Below, piece after piece: positions 12,615-28,360 of a DNA stretch of 64,000 nt. Source of the stretch: Eledone cirrhosa (Eukaryota); contig OZ024763.1 in assembly GCA_964016885.1 (NCBI GenBank), forward strand, positions 14,446,001 through 14,510,000. The letters are read 5' to 3'. Under the pieces are notes generated by a model, which made no database searches, had not been told where the DNA came from, and saw only the letters and a program-made list of their open reading frames with translations. A program made the position numbers and the translations under genes. The stretch's first letter is position 1. Each line of letters starts with the position of its first letter.

Positions 12615-13248
12615 TAAGTTTGATATTTCCCCATCAAGATCGCAGGACATACTCAGAGTGCTTCCAAGATATACAAAACTGTCAACGACCCTTAGCCTTT
12701 CACCATAAACCAAGATGTTGGCCCACAACATGGCTTCCCAGGGGCTGGTTGGTACATGGCTACAGAAAGCCAGTGATGCTTTTGGAAAACTGAACAAGCG
12801 TCTCTGGTCTCAATACGGAATTTCGGTAAAGACAAAACTCAAAGTATATCATGAGATGTCCGGAAAGGAATCCATGTTGGCCTTCCTGAAGGCACTGACA
12901 GACGGCCTGACCTGACATGTGAGACCTGTAATAGGGTTTGTCTGAGCATGGCAGGTCTAAAGAGTCACCTGAGAGTGCACAAGAACAGGGAAGCAGGCAC
13001 CTGTGGAGCTATAAGTGTTCATCAGACGACGACATGTAATGTTTGTGGAAGGGTATGCAGGTCGAGTAGTGATCTCATACGACACCTTGGGTCACATGTC
13101 AATAATTGTCACAAGTGTAGTGTTTGTACCAGAGTTTTCAAGTCGCTGGCTGGACTAAAAAGTCACACTCGTTCAGCGCATCGGTAGGGGTTCTCCTACA
13201 TGGATGTAAAGTAGTGGCCGTACTCGAAAACGAGTTGGCAGCCACCAT
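12615..13248 (+). mobile_element. RTE LINE 3' fragment with 5' inversion, internal deletion and three C-terminal C2H2 zinc fingers
   Basis: Minus 12615-12757 encodes YQPAPGK..NILVYGERLRVVDSFVYLGSTLS..DGEIS. Plus encodes LQKASDAFGKLNKRLW, then CETCNRVCLSMAGLKSHLRVH, CNVCGRVC..LIRHLGSH and [22 protein letters not shown]. Confidence 0.85.
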
Positions 13249-13580
13249 GTATGTATGTATGTGTGTATGTATGTGTCTGTGTATGTATGCATGTATATGT
13301 GTAAGTGGGCGTATATATATATGCATTTATGTATGTATGTATGTATGTATGTATGTATGTATGTATGTATGCATGTATGTGTGTTTGTATGCATGAGTGT
13401 ATGTATGTATGTATGCATCTATGTGTGTGTATGTATGTATGTGGTGGAGCAGTGTGGTGTATAGTGTGGTGTATAATGTGGTAAAAGCTGTTCTCGAAAC
13501 ATATTTCACACGGCCATTGCTGGTAAAATTCTCTAATCAACAGTTATTACCCACATTTAATACAAATCGGCAGCTATCAT

Positions 13581-13648
<68 letters not shown>

Positions 13649-13731
13649 GGAGGTGAGTTTTATTGTAGTACAATAAAGCAATGCAGATATCGGATAAGAA
13701 GCACTCTACAGTTTGTGGGACTGGAGTATGC

Positions 13732-14044
13732 ATAATATAAGATCAAAAGATGGTTAAAGGAGTTCAATATATTTTATTATGCGCATTTCAAAAACAAACA
13801 TCATCAAACAATAATATTTGTGTTTTCATCAGATAAAACAGGAGAACATGATATGAAGGCTAAAAAAACACTTGTTGATAGTGCAGTTGATTTAAAACTG
13901 CACTATCAACAAGTGTTTTTTTAGCCTTCATATCATGTTCTCCTGTTTTATCTGATGAAAACACAAATATTATTGTTTGATGATGTTTGTTTTTGAAATG
14001 CGCATAATAAAATATATTGAACTCCTTTAACCATCTTTTGATCT

Positions 14045-14052
<8 letters not shown>
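13732..14052. repeat. 157-bp-arm palindrome carrying two divergent family A hammerheads
   Basis: Arms at 13732-13888 and 13896-14052 with a 7-bp spacer. Hammerheads at 13771-13839 (-) and 13945-14013 (+). Confidence 0.9.
13945..14013 (+). ncRNA. minimal type I hammerhead ribozyme (family A)
   Basis: gttttat CTGATGA [stem II caaatattatt/gatgatgtttg] GAAA tgcgca TA ataaaat; stem III is palindromic. Confidence 0.75.
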
Positions 14053-14088
<36 letters not shown>

Positions 14089-14090
<2 letters not shown>

Positions 14091-14270
14091 CGAAGGAGTT
14101 GTGGTAAGGAACTAGATGGACCATAACGCACCAGAGTACTCAATACTTAGGGTAGTAGAGTTGGTAATAGGAAAAGGTATGACTCCGACAGCAGAGCTCA
14201 AGCCGTTTCGACGGCTATTTCTGGACTCGAAACGGCTTGAGCTCTGCCGTCGGGGTCATACCTTTTCCTA
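14089..14270 (-). mobile_element. family C short element (hammerhead 3' half) with fold-back
   Basis: GAAA cggc ttgagctct gccg TC gggg is present on both strands. Relatives lie at 24470-24610, 52250-52410 and 55495-55993. Confidence 0.65.
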
Positions 14271-14275
14271 TATAT

Positions 14276-14352
<77 letters not shown>

Positions 14353-14431
14353 TATATATATATACACACACATATATATATACACACACATATATATAAA
14401 TATATACACACACATATATATATATATATAT

Positions 14432-15032
14432 ATGGTGGCTGCCAACTCGTTTTCGAGTACGGCCACTACTTTATATCCATGTAGGAGAACTCCTACCAAT
14501 GCGCTGAACGAGTGTGACTTTTTAGTCCAGCCAGCGACTTGAAAACTCTGGTACAAACACTACACTTGTGACAATTATTGACACATAGTGCTGGGCCCAT
14601 GGTACCATGTGAGGACAAGTGCAGAGAGATCTCCAGATATAAAGCAATGCCTGTGCCGTGAAGCTTTTATAGTGAGCAAAGGCACTGCACAAAGCCAGTC
14701 CCACTCTCTTAACCAAGATGATATTTACCAAAAAGAAGAACAAGTCAACATCATTGGATACCATCAGGGTTGCAGGTGTTATATCAGAGTTTTCCTTCTC
14801 CTAGAATTCTGCCTTGACAAAGGCTGAGGGGTCATCTCTCCCGGTGATTTTGGATGGCCATTGACTCTTAAGAGCTCCTTAGCCCTTTGACAGGTTTTGT
14901 TTTTAGTCCTGCAGGATGTCCAAAATCACCCTCCTCACCAAGAAACCTTGGTGGGGTTGCCAGTTTAGTCGCCAACGACCCGACCATGAGACAGGTTGTA
15001 CTGGGATACATGTTACCAGTAGCACCAAGTGG
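14432..15032 (-). mobile_element. ~600-bp non-autonomous RTE derivative (5' UTR fused to the last zinc finger and 3' end)
   Basis: Near-identical to 36721-37316 and 41245-41833; the tail matches 13097-13248. Confidence 0.85.
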
Positions 15033-15041
15033 TATATATAT

Positions 15042-15183
<142 letters not shown>

Positions 15184-15184
15184 G

Positions 15185-15218
<34 letters not shown>

Positions 15219-16311
15219 TATATATATATATGTTTAATATAGAAATGTCTTCTTCAGGACTTATTTAACCAGGAACTTACACACACACACACACACATTT
15301 ATATATACATATGTGTGTATATGTATGTGTATATACATATATGTGGTGTGTGTGTGTGTGTATGTCTGTATGTGTGTTTGTTTATTTTACAAGAACATCA
15401 AACAGATTTACGAAAACTACAGATAATCACCCTCCTCCACCACCACACCACTCACCACACCACACCACACCACACCTCACCACTCACCACACCACCCCTC
15501 TCTCAAGTAACTACATAATATAGACACTGTTGCAATTCGGCATGTTGATCGTCCTGTACATCTTATGTAATGCACATTATGCATTGTGCATTCAAAGCTG
15601 CACATATATACGCCTATACATGGGTATATTGAGAAAAAAACACGGTTACCTTATCGACACACTTCAGCCATTGTAAACACATCATGGCCGAATGGTTAAG
15701 AGGTTCGTTTCGGATTCATAAGTTTTCGAGTTCGATCCCAAAGCTTGGTGTTCGATCCCAAGGCTTAGTGACTTCGGTTTAGAGTTATTTACCGTAGCCT
15801 CGTTGTCGACAAGAGCCTCGAGGGTGGAATTTGGTAGATGAAAACTGTTTGGAAATCTGTCAGATGGTGTATTGTATATAACGGAATACTTCTATGTTTT
15901 ACCGGCGAAGATTCGAACCCGAATCTTGAGGTTTCTCGCCTCTGAGACCACCCGCTATTGGAAGGTTTGGTTCCCACCATTGTCCTGTCAAGACAACGTT
16001 GATAAACGTATATACCACTTGAGACCTGTGACCCCAGCTTCCCGGGAGACGTTATCTACATGGCTAATCATAAATCAATCTCATATACACGTCCTTCTAA
16101 CTACAGCACTATTATAAATACCAGGGGTTAAGGAATCTAAAAGCCAGAGAGACCGAAGCAAGCAGTCCGTGTTAAGGTTCACGATGTAGCAAACCTTTCA
16201 CTCTATCTCTCTTGGTTTTACAGGCTTTCACCTTCTCGGCTACAGACGACAGCCAAACAACCAAACACGAAGTAGCAGTCCTTGAGACGAATAACGTATT
16301 CTAAGAACACG

Positions 16312-16361
<50 letters not shown>

Positions 16362-16597
16362 GTTCATATTGTTACATTCTACGCTCATTCTATTCTTCCG
16401 TCTCACTGTAATATTGTAACGTCGAATTGATACACGCATGCACGCTAGCTCGAAGTAGCTAGCCAGCAAATTAATGTAGCGATACATTCTGTCACATATT
16501 GTTATTGTAAAATAAACATTGTTAACATCACAATTGTGACATTATTCTTTTCATCAAACATCCATCAAAGAATAACATTTTATCCGCTACATATATA

Positions 16598-16775
16598 TAA
16601 TTGTTTCTACTTTCGGCACAAGACCAGCAATTACCCAGTACATTACTGGTACTTTATTTTATCGATCCCGTAAGGATGAAAGGCAAAGTTAACCTTGGCG
16701 GGATTTGAACTCAGATCGTGAAGGGACGTAACTATGCTGGAAAGCATGTCCAACCCTCTACCAATTCTGCCAACC
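16598..16775 (-). mobile_element. SINE family 1 copy
   Basis: Reverse complement of the family core and tail. Further minus copies lie at 16965-17310, 17475-17700, 18110-18310 and 37890-38045. Confidence 0.8.
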
Positions 16776-17084
16776 CAATGTATGTATGGTATGGTTCCGT
16801 AACCCCTTGTGGGATTGTAGGGGCGCTGTATTGGCATGCGGCGTTTCTAGGGCATTTTAAAGCCTGTTGGATCTCACCCCTCTCCAGGCTTGAGTACAGC
16901 AGATTTCTTTCAGAGAAGGATAGAGAAGGAGAGAGAGAAAGCGAGAAAGAGATCTAGAGGAAGGATCGACCCCGGTACTAGACTGGTACTTTATTTTTTA
17001 TTGATATCGAAAGGATGAAAAGCAAAGTTGATCTCGGCGGGATTTGAACTCAGAGAGTAGATAGCTGAAACGAATACCATAAAG

Positions 17085-17254
17085 CAGGCATGTCAAACAC
17101 GCGGTCCTTTACAAGGACACCAGCGGCCCGCACAAAGGTTTTTTACAGCGCGAGCGTAATATAAAATGAAAAATATTAATTGTCATGTGTGGCCCTCACA
17201 CAACCCACGTATAACCCATGTGGACATCGGGGAACCCTCAGTTTGACATGCCTG
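17085..17254. mobile_element. hAT-type MITE (170 bp) inserted in a SINE
   Basis: Perfect 14-bp TIR caggcatgtcaaac/gtttgacatgcctg; TSD ccataaag at 17077-17084 and 17255-17262. Confidence 0.92.
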
Positions 17255-17747
17255 CCATAAAGGCATTCTATCTGATCTTCTAACGACTCTGCTAATTTGC
17301 CGAATGGTTAAGAGGTTCGTTTTGAAATCATAAGTTTCCAAGTACGGATGGGATTTGAACTCAAACCGTAAAGGGCCATAACTCAATGCCGCAAAGCATG
17401 TTGTCCGACGCTCTACCGAAACTGCCAATCCACCTCCCTAACAACAACAACAAAAACAACAATAATAATAGTAATATTGGTTTCTGATTTAGACTCAACG
17501 CCAACAATTTATGGTCGGAGGAGAAAGTCGATTAAATCGACCCCAGTGTATTACTGGTGTATTACTTTATCGACCACGTAAGGAAAAAAGACAAAGAAAG
17601 CTAGCCTCGGTGGGATTTGAATTCAGAGAGCAGAGAGACAACGAATACAACAAAACATTATATCCAACTCGATATGCAAATTGGGCTACTCAGCCGTTAA
17701 CATGCATAAGGTAAGTATATACGTTCAACAATCTGGCAGGAAGGTAT

Positions 17748-17790
17748 ACGTTGCTGACGATAGCTAATAAGCATGAAACTAGTACAGCGT
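17748..17790 (+). ncRNA. minimal type I hammerhead ribozyme
   Basis: acgttg CTGACGA tagctaataagcat GAAA ctag TA cagcgt; 6-bp stem I and palindromic ctag. Confidence 0.7.
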
Positions 17791-18539
17791 TCCTTTGTCA
17801 GTGTTGAACAAACGAGCAACGGTGGTTGCTAGACACTACGGCTTAATACGGGATGTTTGTTTACAAACACACCGAGCATTATAATAAATGTTTGGTGAAT
17901 CCATACGTGCATATATATATGTGTGCATGTATGTATATATATATATATATACATACTACTGTACGTCTGTATACATATATGTATGTACGTATACATACTT
18001 ATATTTAAGTAACAGCCGGACTAAGAGTGGGAAATGAAATATCGTTTCATTTTTTCCGATTATATCCAACGTTCTAACGACTCTGCCAACTCGCCGCCAA
18101 TCTACAGTATAACAGTTTCTGATTTAGACACAAGGTCAGCCATTTTTGATGGCAGGAGAAAGTCGATTAAATCGACCCTCAGTTCATTACTGCTGCATTA
18201 CTTTATCGGCCTCTAAAGGCAAAGAAAGCTAGCCTGGGTGGGATTTAAACTCAGAGAGCAGAGAACCAGAACGAATACCACAAAGCATTCTAACGGCTCT
18301 CACAATTTATTGCCAATCCACTTTGATATACGCAGCACAAAGACTATTTCTTGTTAGTACCGTAGCCATGTTTTCATAGACGAACGCGACAGATTTTCGG
18401 AGATATACGGACAAATACGTACAACATAAACGTATGTTTTATGTATTTATCTTTTAATGCCGAACACTACAATCTATGCTAAAGACAGTTAAGGGCACAT
18501 AAACGCATATATACATATATAATATACATATATACACAC

Positions 18540-18610
<71 letters not shown>

Positions 18611-18636
18611 CACATATATATATATACACACACATA

Positions 18637-18668
<32 letters not shown>

Positions 18669-18836
18669 ATATACGTGTATAATATACATACATATTTACA
18701 TATATATACACACATAACATATACACACACACATATATATATATATAATATACGTGTATAATATGCATACATATTTACATGTATATACACACATAACACA
18801 TACACAATATATATATATAATATACATATATAATAT

Positions 18837-18867
<31 letters not shown>

Positions 18868-18884
18868 ATACATACATACATACA

Positions 18885-18920
<36 letters not shown>

Positions 18921-19064
18921 TATACACACAACAAAACAGCATACAATAATACTAATGTTGTTTCTTTTGCCCCAGTTAAAACTTTCCCACCACCGAGAAA
19001 TGTGTAACTACCATGATAATGTATAAGAAGACTTTTCGTAAATCTGAGACAAACACCTTTATTT

Positions 19065-19740
19065 CTACTTCTTCATCGTCGTCGTCTTTTTCACCTTCTC
19101 CTCCCTCTTCTTTGCCTTTTCTTCTTTTTCTTCTTCTTTTTCGCCTTCTTCGTCGTCGTCGTCGTCTTTTTCATCTTCTTCATCGTCGTCGCCCTTTTCA
19201 CCTTCTCCTCCCTCTTCTTTGCCTTTTCTTCTTCTTCTTCTCCTCCTCCTCCTCTCTCTTTGCCTTTTCTTCTTTTCTTCTCCTTCTTTGCCTTTTCTTC
19301 TCCTCCTCCTCCCTCTTCTTTGCCTTTTCTTCTTCTTCTCCTCCCTCTTCTTTGCCTTTTCTTCTTCACCTCCTCTCCTTCTCCCTCTTCTTTGCCTTTT
19401 CTTCTTCTTCTTCTTCTCCTCCTCTCTCTTCTTTGCCTTTTCTTCTTCTTCTCCCTCTTTGCCTTTTCTTCTTCTCCTCTCCTTCTCCTTTCTCTTCTTT
19501 ACCTTTTCTTCTTCTTCTTCTCCTCCTCCTCTCTCTTCGTTGCCTTTTCTTCTTCTTCTCCTCCTCCCTCTTTGCCTTTTCTTCTTCTTCTCCCTCTTCT
19601 TTGCCTTTTCTTCTTCTTCTTCTTCTCCTCCTCCTCTCTCTTCGTTGCCTTTTCTTCTTCTCCTCCTCCCTCTTTGCCTTTTCTTCTTCTTCTCCCTCTT
19701 CTTTGCCTTTTCTTCTTCTTCTCCTCCTCCTTCTTGTCTC
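19065..19740. repeat. polypyrimidine minisatellite (ttcttctcctccctcttctttgcctt)n
   Basis: Direct inspection. Confidence 0.9.
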
Positions 19741-20049
19741 CTATATTACACACATTTTTTTTCTTACATAATTACCGCACGAAAACAATTCTTCTATTGC
19801 TGCCTACCTCCAGTCATGTCACAGAATTATCACAGTCCCAACCTCACCCCCATCCTACCCCCATCCTACCCCTATCTCTCACAAACACATACCTACACTA
19901 ACATCTCACCTGCCCCTCTCTCTTTCTCACAGACACCACCACCTTTACCCCTATCACACGTTTATCTTTCTCTATCTCTCTTTTTCACACACACAATTCA
20001 CCTATTCTTACCTACCGTTATGTTACATAATTCTCACACAACCCCAACA

Positions 20050-21190
20050 TAGTCAGAGACACACGCAGACACATACACACATTCACATACACACGCAGTC
20101 ACATACACACATTCACATACACACACAGTCAGAGACACACATTCACATACACACACAGTCAGATACACACATTCACATACACACACAGTCAGAGACACAC
20201 ACATTCACATACACACACAGTCAGAGACACACACATTCACATACACACACAGTCAGATACACACACAGTCAGATACACACATTCATATACACACACAGTC
20301 AGAGACACACACATTCACATACACACACAGTCAGATACACACACATTCACATACACACACAGTCAGAGACACACACATTCACATACACACACAGTCAGAG
20401 ACACACACATTCACATACACACACAGTCAGATACACACACATTCACATACACACACAGTCAGAGACACACACATTCACATACACACACAGTCAGAGACAC
20501 ACACATTCACATACACACACAGTCAGAGACACACACATTCACATACACACACAGTCAGATACACACACAGTCAGCTACACACATTCATATACACACACAG
20601 TCAGAGACACACACATTCACATACACACACAGTCAGATACACACACATTCACATACACACACAGTCAGAGACACACACATTCACATACACACACAGTCAG
20701 ATACACACACAGTCAGATACACACATTCATATACACACACAGTCAGAGACACACACATTCACATACACACACAGTCAGAGACACACACATTCACATACAC
20801 ACACAGTCAGAGACACACACATTCACATACACACACAGTCAGATACACACACAGTCAGATACACACATTCATATACACACACAGTCAGAGACACACACAT
20901 TCACATACACACACAGTCAGAGACACACACATTCACATACACACACAGTCAGATACACACACAGTCAGATACACACATTCATATACACACACAGTCAGAG
21001 ACACACACATTCACATACACACACAGTCAGATACACACACATTCACATACACACACAGTCAGATACACACACATTCACATACACACATACACAGAGTCAG
21101 AGACACACATTCACATACAGCCAGAGACACATTCACATACACACACAGTCACATACACACACAGTCAGATACACACATACACACACACTA
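20050..21190. repeat. minisatellite (cacacacattcacatacacacacagtcagaga)n
   Basis: Direct inspection. Confidence 0.9.
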
Positions 21191-21296
21191 CCGAGGTACT
21201 GAGTGGTTGATGTTGTTGATGTTGTTGTTTATGAAAGGTGTCTTACTCTCGGGAAGATAAAAAACAGTAAAACAATACCCGTTTTAGTTCTCTGAA

Positions 21297-21400
<104 letters not shown>

Positions 21401-21539
21401 GTGTGTGTGTGTGAGGGTAATTTATTTTACATACATCATGCCATACAAAAAACAAACCTGTCATGGCAACTTCGCAACAGAAACATTTGGGCTTTTGATT
21501 TCATATGTGTGGGGTGGCGGAGTATGTGGATGGAGGGGA

Positions 21540-21570
<31 letters not shown>

Positions 21571-21699
21571 GAGGGGTGGCGTGTGTGCGCAGCAGGGGGG
21601 GTGCATGTGTGTGAGGTGGCGTGTAATATGTGTTGGGGAGTGTATGCATGTGTGGGGGTGGGGGTAGTATGAGTGTGTGTGTTGGAGGGGGGGGGGGCG

Positions 21700-22080
21700 G
21701 AATGCATGTGTGTGTGAGGAATGCATGTGTGTGTGGGGAATGCATGTGTGTGTGGGGAATACATGTGTGTGGGGAATGCATGTGTGTGTGAGGAATGCAT
21801 ATGTGTGTGTGGGGAATGCATGTGTGTGTGAGGAATGCATGTGTGTGTGGGGAATGCATGTGTGTGTGTGGGGAATGCATGTGTGTGTGTGAGGAATGCA
21901 TGTGTGTGGGGGGAATGCATGTGTGTGTGGGGAATGCATGTGTGTGTGGGGAATGCATGTGTGTGTGAGGAATGCATGTGTGTGTGCGGAATGCATGTGT
22001 GTGGGGGAATGCATATGTGTGTGTGAGGAATGCATGTGTGTGAGAGGAATGCATGTGTGTGTGGGGAATGCATGTGTGTG
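21700..22080. repeat. minisatellite (gtgtggggaatgcatgt)n
   Basis: Direct inspection. Confidence 0.9.
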
Positions 22081-23019
22081 GTGGCGTGTATGTGTGGAGG
22101 GGAGTGTATGCATGTGTGTGGGGTGGGGGTGTAAGAAGTCCTCTTCACATTCACTAGGTCCCGGGTTCGATCCCCCTGTGCGGTATCTTGGGCAAGTGTC
22201 ATTTACCGTAGCCTCGGAGTGACCACCCATGCCTTGCGAATGAAACAGGGTAGACAGAAACTACACGGAAGCCCGTCGGATGGACTGTACTTGTAATTCA
22301 AACAAACAACCACGCCACACACTGCCATGCTGAATCTCTCCGGGAATTACGTTAGCGGTACACGTGTTTGTGGTACTACAAATATATTTAAAAAGGTGCT
22401 GTTGCTTCGCATACAATCATTCTGATTCTCATTGGAGTACTACAAATACATTTAAAACTGTGTTGTTGCTACACATACAATCATTCGGATCCATCATTGG
22501 AGTACTGTAAATACATTTATAGCGGAACAGCTGCTACACATACAAACACTTACATTCGAGTAGATGGGAATATTACAAATGCATTTAAGATAAGACAGAT
22601 GCTACACATACTTGACTTAACTTATTGTACATTGTTGTACTGCAAATACAATTATGACTGTGCTGCAACTACACACACACAGACACACACACAAATGACC
22701 TATATTGCTGTACAGGGTAGAACGAAACAATTTTTCGCAGACATGCTGCCAAGTAAGAAATACTGTGACATAAATATGATCGTGTGTGACTATACGCGAT
22801 GTAAAATGGTTGTGGACAGTGATTGTAAGAGTAGTCCGATGCAGTACTATCGTTAATTGCATGAATAAATGTGCTCTAAATATGAAAATTATACTAGTTT
22901 TATCTTGGAATTCGGGGTGGGGTGGGAACTCCCCACCCCAACCACATAAGTTAGTTTATTTTGTTTATTATGAGAATGAGATAAATTTAAGATAAGATTG
23001 TATGATTGTATGATTGCAT

Positions 23020-23140
<121 letters not shown>

Positions 23141-23169
23141 CACATATATATACATATATATATACTCAT

Positions 23170-23202
<33 letters not shown>

Positions 23203-24211
23203 CATACACATATATATATATATACATACACATATATATATATATACATACACACACACATATATATATTATATATATATATATATATATACACACACAT
23301 ATATATATATACACACACACATATATATATACATATATATTTATATATGCATACACACACACACATATATATGTATGTGTATATATATACGTGTGTGCAT
23401 GTGCATGTGTGTGGTATGTATGCTCATATGTTTATGTGTGTATATAATATATATTCACATACATATGAGCATACACCACACACATATATATATATATACA
23501 TATACATAAATATGTATGTGTGTGTGTGTGTTATATGTATATATATATACTATATATATATATATATATAACACACACACATATATATATGCATATATAT
23601 ATGCATATACATGCATATATATGTACACCCCCTGCATATATATATATATATATATACACACATACACACTGTAATGCTAGAAGACATTAAATCTAGAGAA
23701 GGCTTAACCAGGAATGTAATTAAAGGAAATAAAAATTAAAAATTAAAATTAAAAATTAAAAAAAAAAACCAGATAAACAAATATTATGTACAAAAAAAAA
23801 AAAAAGAATAAGACAACATAAATAATGAAATGTGTGACGTCATGAACCTCCAGCAGAGTGTCCTATCTGAAATATTCTCTCAGGGGCTCATAAAATACCT
23901 TGACAATGTCACCTGGTCGACCTCTAGTTAAGACATTGGAGTTGTGTCATATACGTGATATATCTACACTTGTCCTCTGATATTCGCAAGGGTTAAGTTC
24001 CTAGAGCACCCGCGAATAGTAAAAGGATCGCGAATGTTGACGTGGTTCCCAAAAATGCCTCTAAACGTCTAAACATAGCGTAAAATATAGGCCGGCAAAT
24101 ACGGTATATTGTTATTAATATGCTCTGCAGCATAGAGTTACACCCCTTTACGGTCTGAGTTCAAATCCCGTCGAGGTTAACTTTGCCTTTCATCCTTACG
24201 GATTCTCTCTA

Positions 24212-24249
<38 letters not shown>

Positions 24250-24399
24250 TCTATCTCTCTTTTTCTCTCTCTTAGACTAGTGTCCGAAACGTTAAGACTC
24301 TCTTCCTGCTATTTCAAGCGTTAAACTAATATATTTATTCCATGTACTGTGTCATTTGTTTTGTCATTTTTATCATTTCTGTTTACCTTTTACACACAC

Positions 24400-24450
<51 letters not shown>

Positions 24451-24607
24451 AACAAGTAGGCACATTTTTTAGTCCAGAATTAGCTGTCGAAACGGCTTGA
24501 GCTCAGCCGTCGGGTCCTACTTCTTCCTATTACCCACTCTACTACCCTAAGTATTGAGTACTTTCGTGCGTTATGGTCCCTTCTGGTTACTTACCACATT
24601 TTCTTCG

Positions 24608-24683
<76 letters not shown>

Positions 24684-24689
24684 CTTTTG

Positions 24690-24915
24690 GCTTTTTTTAC
24701 TGCGCCGACCCGACAAACGACACTCAAAAACAGCGATGAACTGGACTCCACCTGGCGGAAAACGGAGGCGGAGTTGCCCCAGGATCCCCTGGTGACGAAC
24801 ATTCCGAAAAGACCTGATGGCAGCCAACATCACTTGGCAGGGCCGCGAAAAAGCCGCCGCTGGCCGTGACCGTTGGCGAGTACTTACTGTTCGATGCACC
24901 GAACAGTGCGGAAGA
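24690..24915 (+). mobile_element. RTE-like LINE 3' fragment
   Basis: Translates to RRPDKRHSKTAMNWTPPGGKRRR..W.RTFRKDL...ITW....AAGRDRWR. Confidence 0.7.
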
Positions 24916-25450
24916 AGATAAATTACTTTACTATTATCAAAACAGAAACCAATCTTCAACCCACAGACAAAGAAACCAATTAAAATAACGGCCATGCTTG
25001 AACAATTTCTAATCGAGTGACCACAATCTCCTATCACTCGCATGATACTTTACGAGCATTGCTAAGCACGTGACCAATACGTCACTAGTATGATCATTCT
25101 GATTTTGATGACGGGGCTGCGAAAGCCTCAAAACGTTAACACACACGTGGTTTTAGGAACACTATTGTTTTAACTCGTGTATAATGGACTAACAGGAAAG
25201 TACGAAACATTTTTGGATCATAGTTGTATTCTGAATGTAACATGTTGGAAAGAATAAATATATGTATATATGTATATACATACAACACACACACAAACAA
25301 ATGCATGTACGCATGTACACACATACAAACGCATGCACACACATATACACACAGACATGCACGCAGAGGGGTGAGCGAGAGAGAGATGGGGGGCGAGAGA
25401 GATGGGGGGCGAGAGAGATAGGGGGCGAGAGCGAGAGAGAGCGAGAGAGA

Positions 25451-25509
<59 letters not shown>

Positions 25510-25727
25510 AGGGGGGGGAGAAAGGGAGAGAGAAAGAGAAAGATGTTAATTATACAAAAATGCTGGAATGACAAAGAATGGGTCATGGAGCCATTTAAAA
25601 ATTAAATTGCTAAGGTCAGAAAATAACATAGTTCATAGGAGACATTATGACGTACTCTATATAAACTACAAAGATACACACACACACACACACGTACATA
25701 TACACACACATATATACACACATACAC

Positions 25728-25758
<31 letters not shown>

Positions 25759-25823
25759 AACATACAGATACACACATATATACACGTACATACAAACATA
25801 CACAGATATACACACATACATAT

Positions 25824-25872
<49 letters not shown>

Positions 25873-26512
25873 TATATATATATATATACACACACACACA
25901 TATATATACACACATACACACACACACACACATATATATATACACACACACACACACATATATATATACACATACACAAACACATATATATATATATATA
26001 TAAACACACAGATACACACACATATACGCGTACTTACAAGCACACACAGATATACACACATACACACACACATATATATATACACACATACACACACATA
26101 TATATATATAAACACACACAGATACACACACATATACACATACTTACAAACACACACAGATATACACACATACAAACACATATACACATATATATATATA
26201 TATTTAAACACACACAGATACACACACATATACATGTACATACAAACACACACATATATACACACATATACACACACACACATTTACACACATATATATA
26301 CACATATATATATACACACACAAATATACGTACAGATGAACGTATAGATACACATATAGATAAACGTACATACATACACACACAGTGATACGCACATATC
26401 CACATTTACAGAAAGGGTATGTGTGTGTACACACACACACACATATATATATATATACATGTATATATATACATGTATATATATATATATACATGTATAT
26501 ATATATATATAT

Positions 26513-26594
<82 letters not shown>

Positions 26595-26598
26595 GTGC

Positions 26599-26634
<36 letters not shown>

Positions 26635-26721
26635 GAGCATAAATGTTACCAGGGGCAATGAGGTAAATTGGAGGCGTAGTTATTGCTATTTGATATATAT
26701 ATATATTTATATATATTTGTG

Positions 26722-26754
<33 letters not shown>

Positions 26755-26755
26755 T

Positions 26756-26802
<47 letters not shown>

Positions 26803-26831
26803 GTATATATATATATATATTTATATATATT

Positions 26832-26884
<53 letters not shown>

Positions 26885-27079
26885 GTATATATATATATAT
26901 ATATATTTGTGTATATATATATATATATTTATATATATTTGTGTATATATATATACTTATATATATTTGTGTATATATATATATTTGTGTATATATATAT
27001 ATATATTTATATATATTTGTATATATATATATATATATGTATATATATTTGTATATATATATATATATATGTATATTTG

Positions 27080-27112
<33 letters not shown>

Positions 27113-27172
27113 AAGTTAAATAAAAAGTCAAATGTTTAATAATGTTGGTATACAACCAACATATACTTAAAA

Positions 27173-27251
<79 letters not shown>

Positions 27252-27559
27252 ATATATATATATATTTGTATATATATATATAAAACACATAATAAATGTA
27301 TATATATATATATATATATGTAGATATGAATTGAATTTTTGACGAGAGAAAATAGTCAAGTAACAACTGGGCGTATAAGCACCCCACAACGGAAAAAATG
27401 GGTATTGGCGTGTTAATGCCAAAAACTACAGCGAAAGTTACTAATTCAAATCAATTTTCCACAGCCATCTTCAAATCACGTGATATTTACGTGTGTATAT
27501 ATGTGATCAAGTGATATATATGTTGCACTAAAAACCCTTTCTAAAAGCCTTCTGCTCAT

Positions 27560-28274
27560 CTGTGATGTCTGCACCCTTCTTTTTTACCTGTGATACGCTG
27601 ACCAAGCAAGCACCTTTCTCACCTGAATAGCTTTATCACTGCTTTCTCTCCAAGTAACTAGATATTTAAAGTTGTCCACTTCTCGATGTAATCTCTTGTC
27701 TTAGATGTTTTATCGAGAAGTGTATAAGGAGGGCTGCGTCTCATCCTGGGGTGGAGAAACGAGAGCTGGCCTCAGCAACAGATCATTTCTGTTCTGTTAC
27801 TAGAAGTTTCGATGTTGTTGATACACTAGAAACGGTTAAGTCCTCAAACCATTGCAGCAACGTGAAAATAAAGTATCATCGCAATTGTGAATCCAACACA
27901 AGCCACAGAAGTGTTTTAGAAGTTAAGGGCCGAAATACTTGCTCCAGGGGGGTTACCTCTCTAAAAACCTTCAGTTGTCCAGCTCTTCCGAGAGTTTCTT
28001 ACCACTGTAGAAAGGGTTGATAAGTCCTTAAACCACTGGAGCAACATGAAAATAAAGTGTCTTGCTCAAGTATACGACGCATCGTCCAGTCTGGGAATCA
28101 ATCTCACAATTGTGAATTTAACACTCTAACCCTGTGTTTCCCAACGTTGGCCCTAGCGCCCCCCCCCCCCCCCCGTGGGCGCTGGGCATTTATCAATTTC
28201 TTTCTTTCAAATTGTCAAAAATTAAAAAAACACTTTTTCCACTTTGAACTTAAATTGAGCCTTGGTGATTAAAG

Positions 28275-28360
<86 letters not shown>

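Noticed and set aside
15981-16580. Possible solo LTR with TATA and AATAAA
   Set aside because: I found no convincing paired termini with a TSD.
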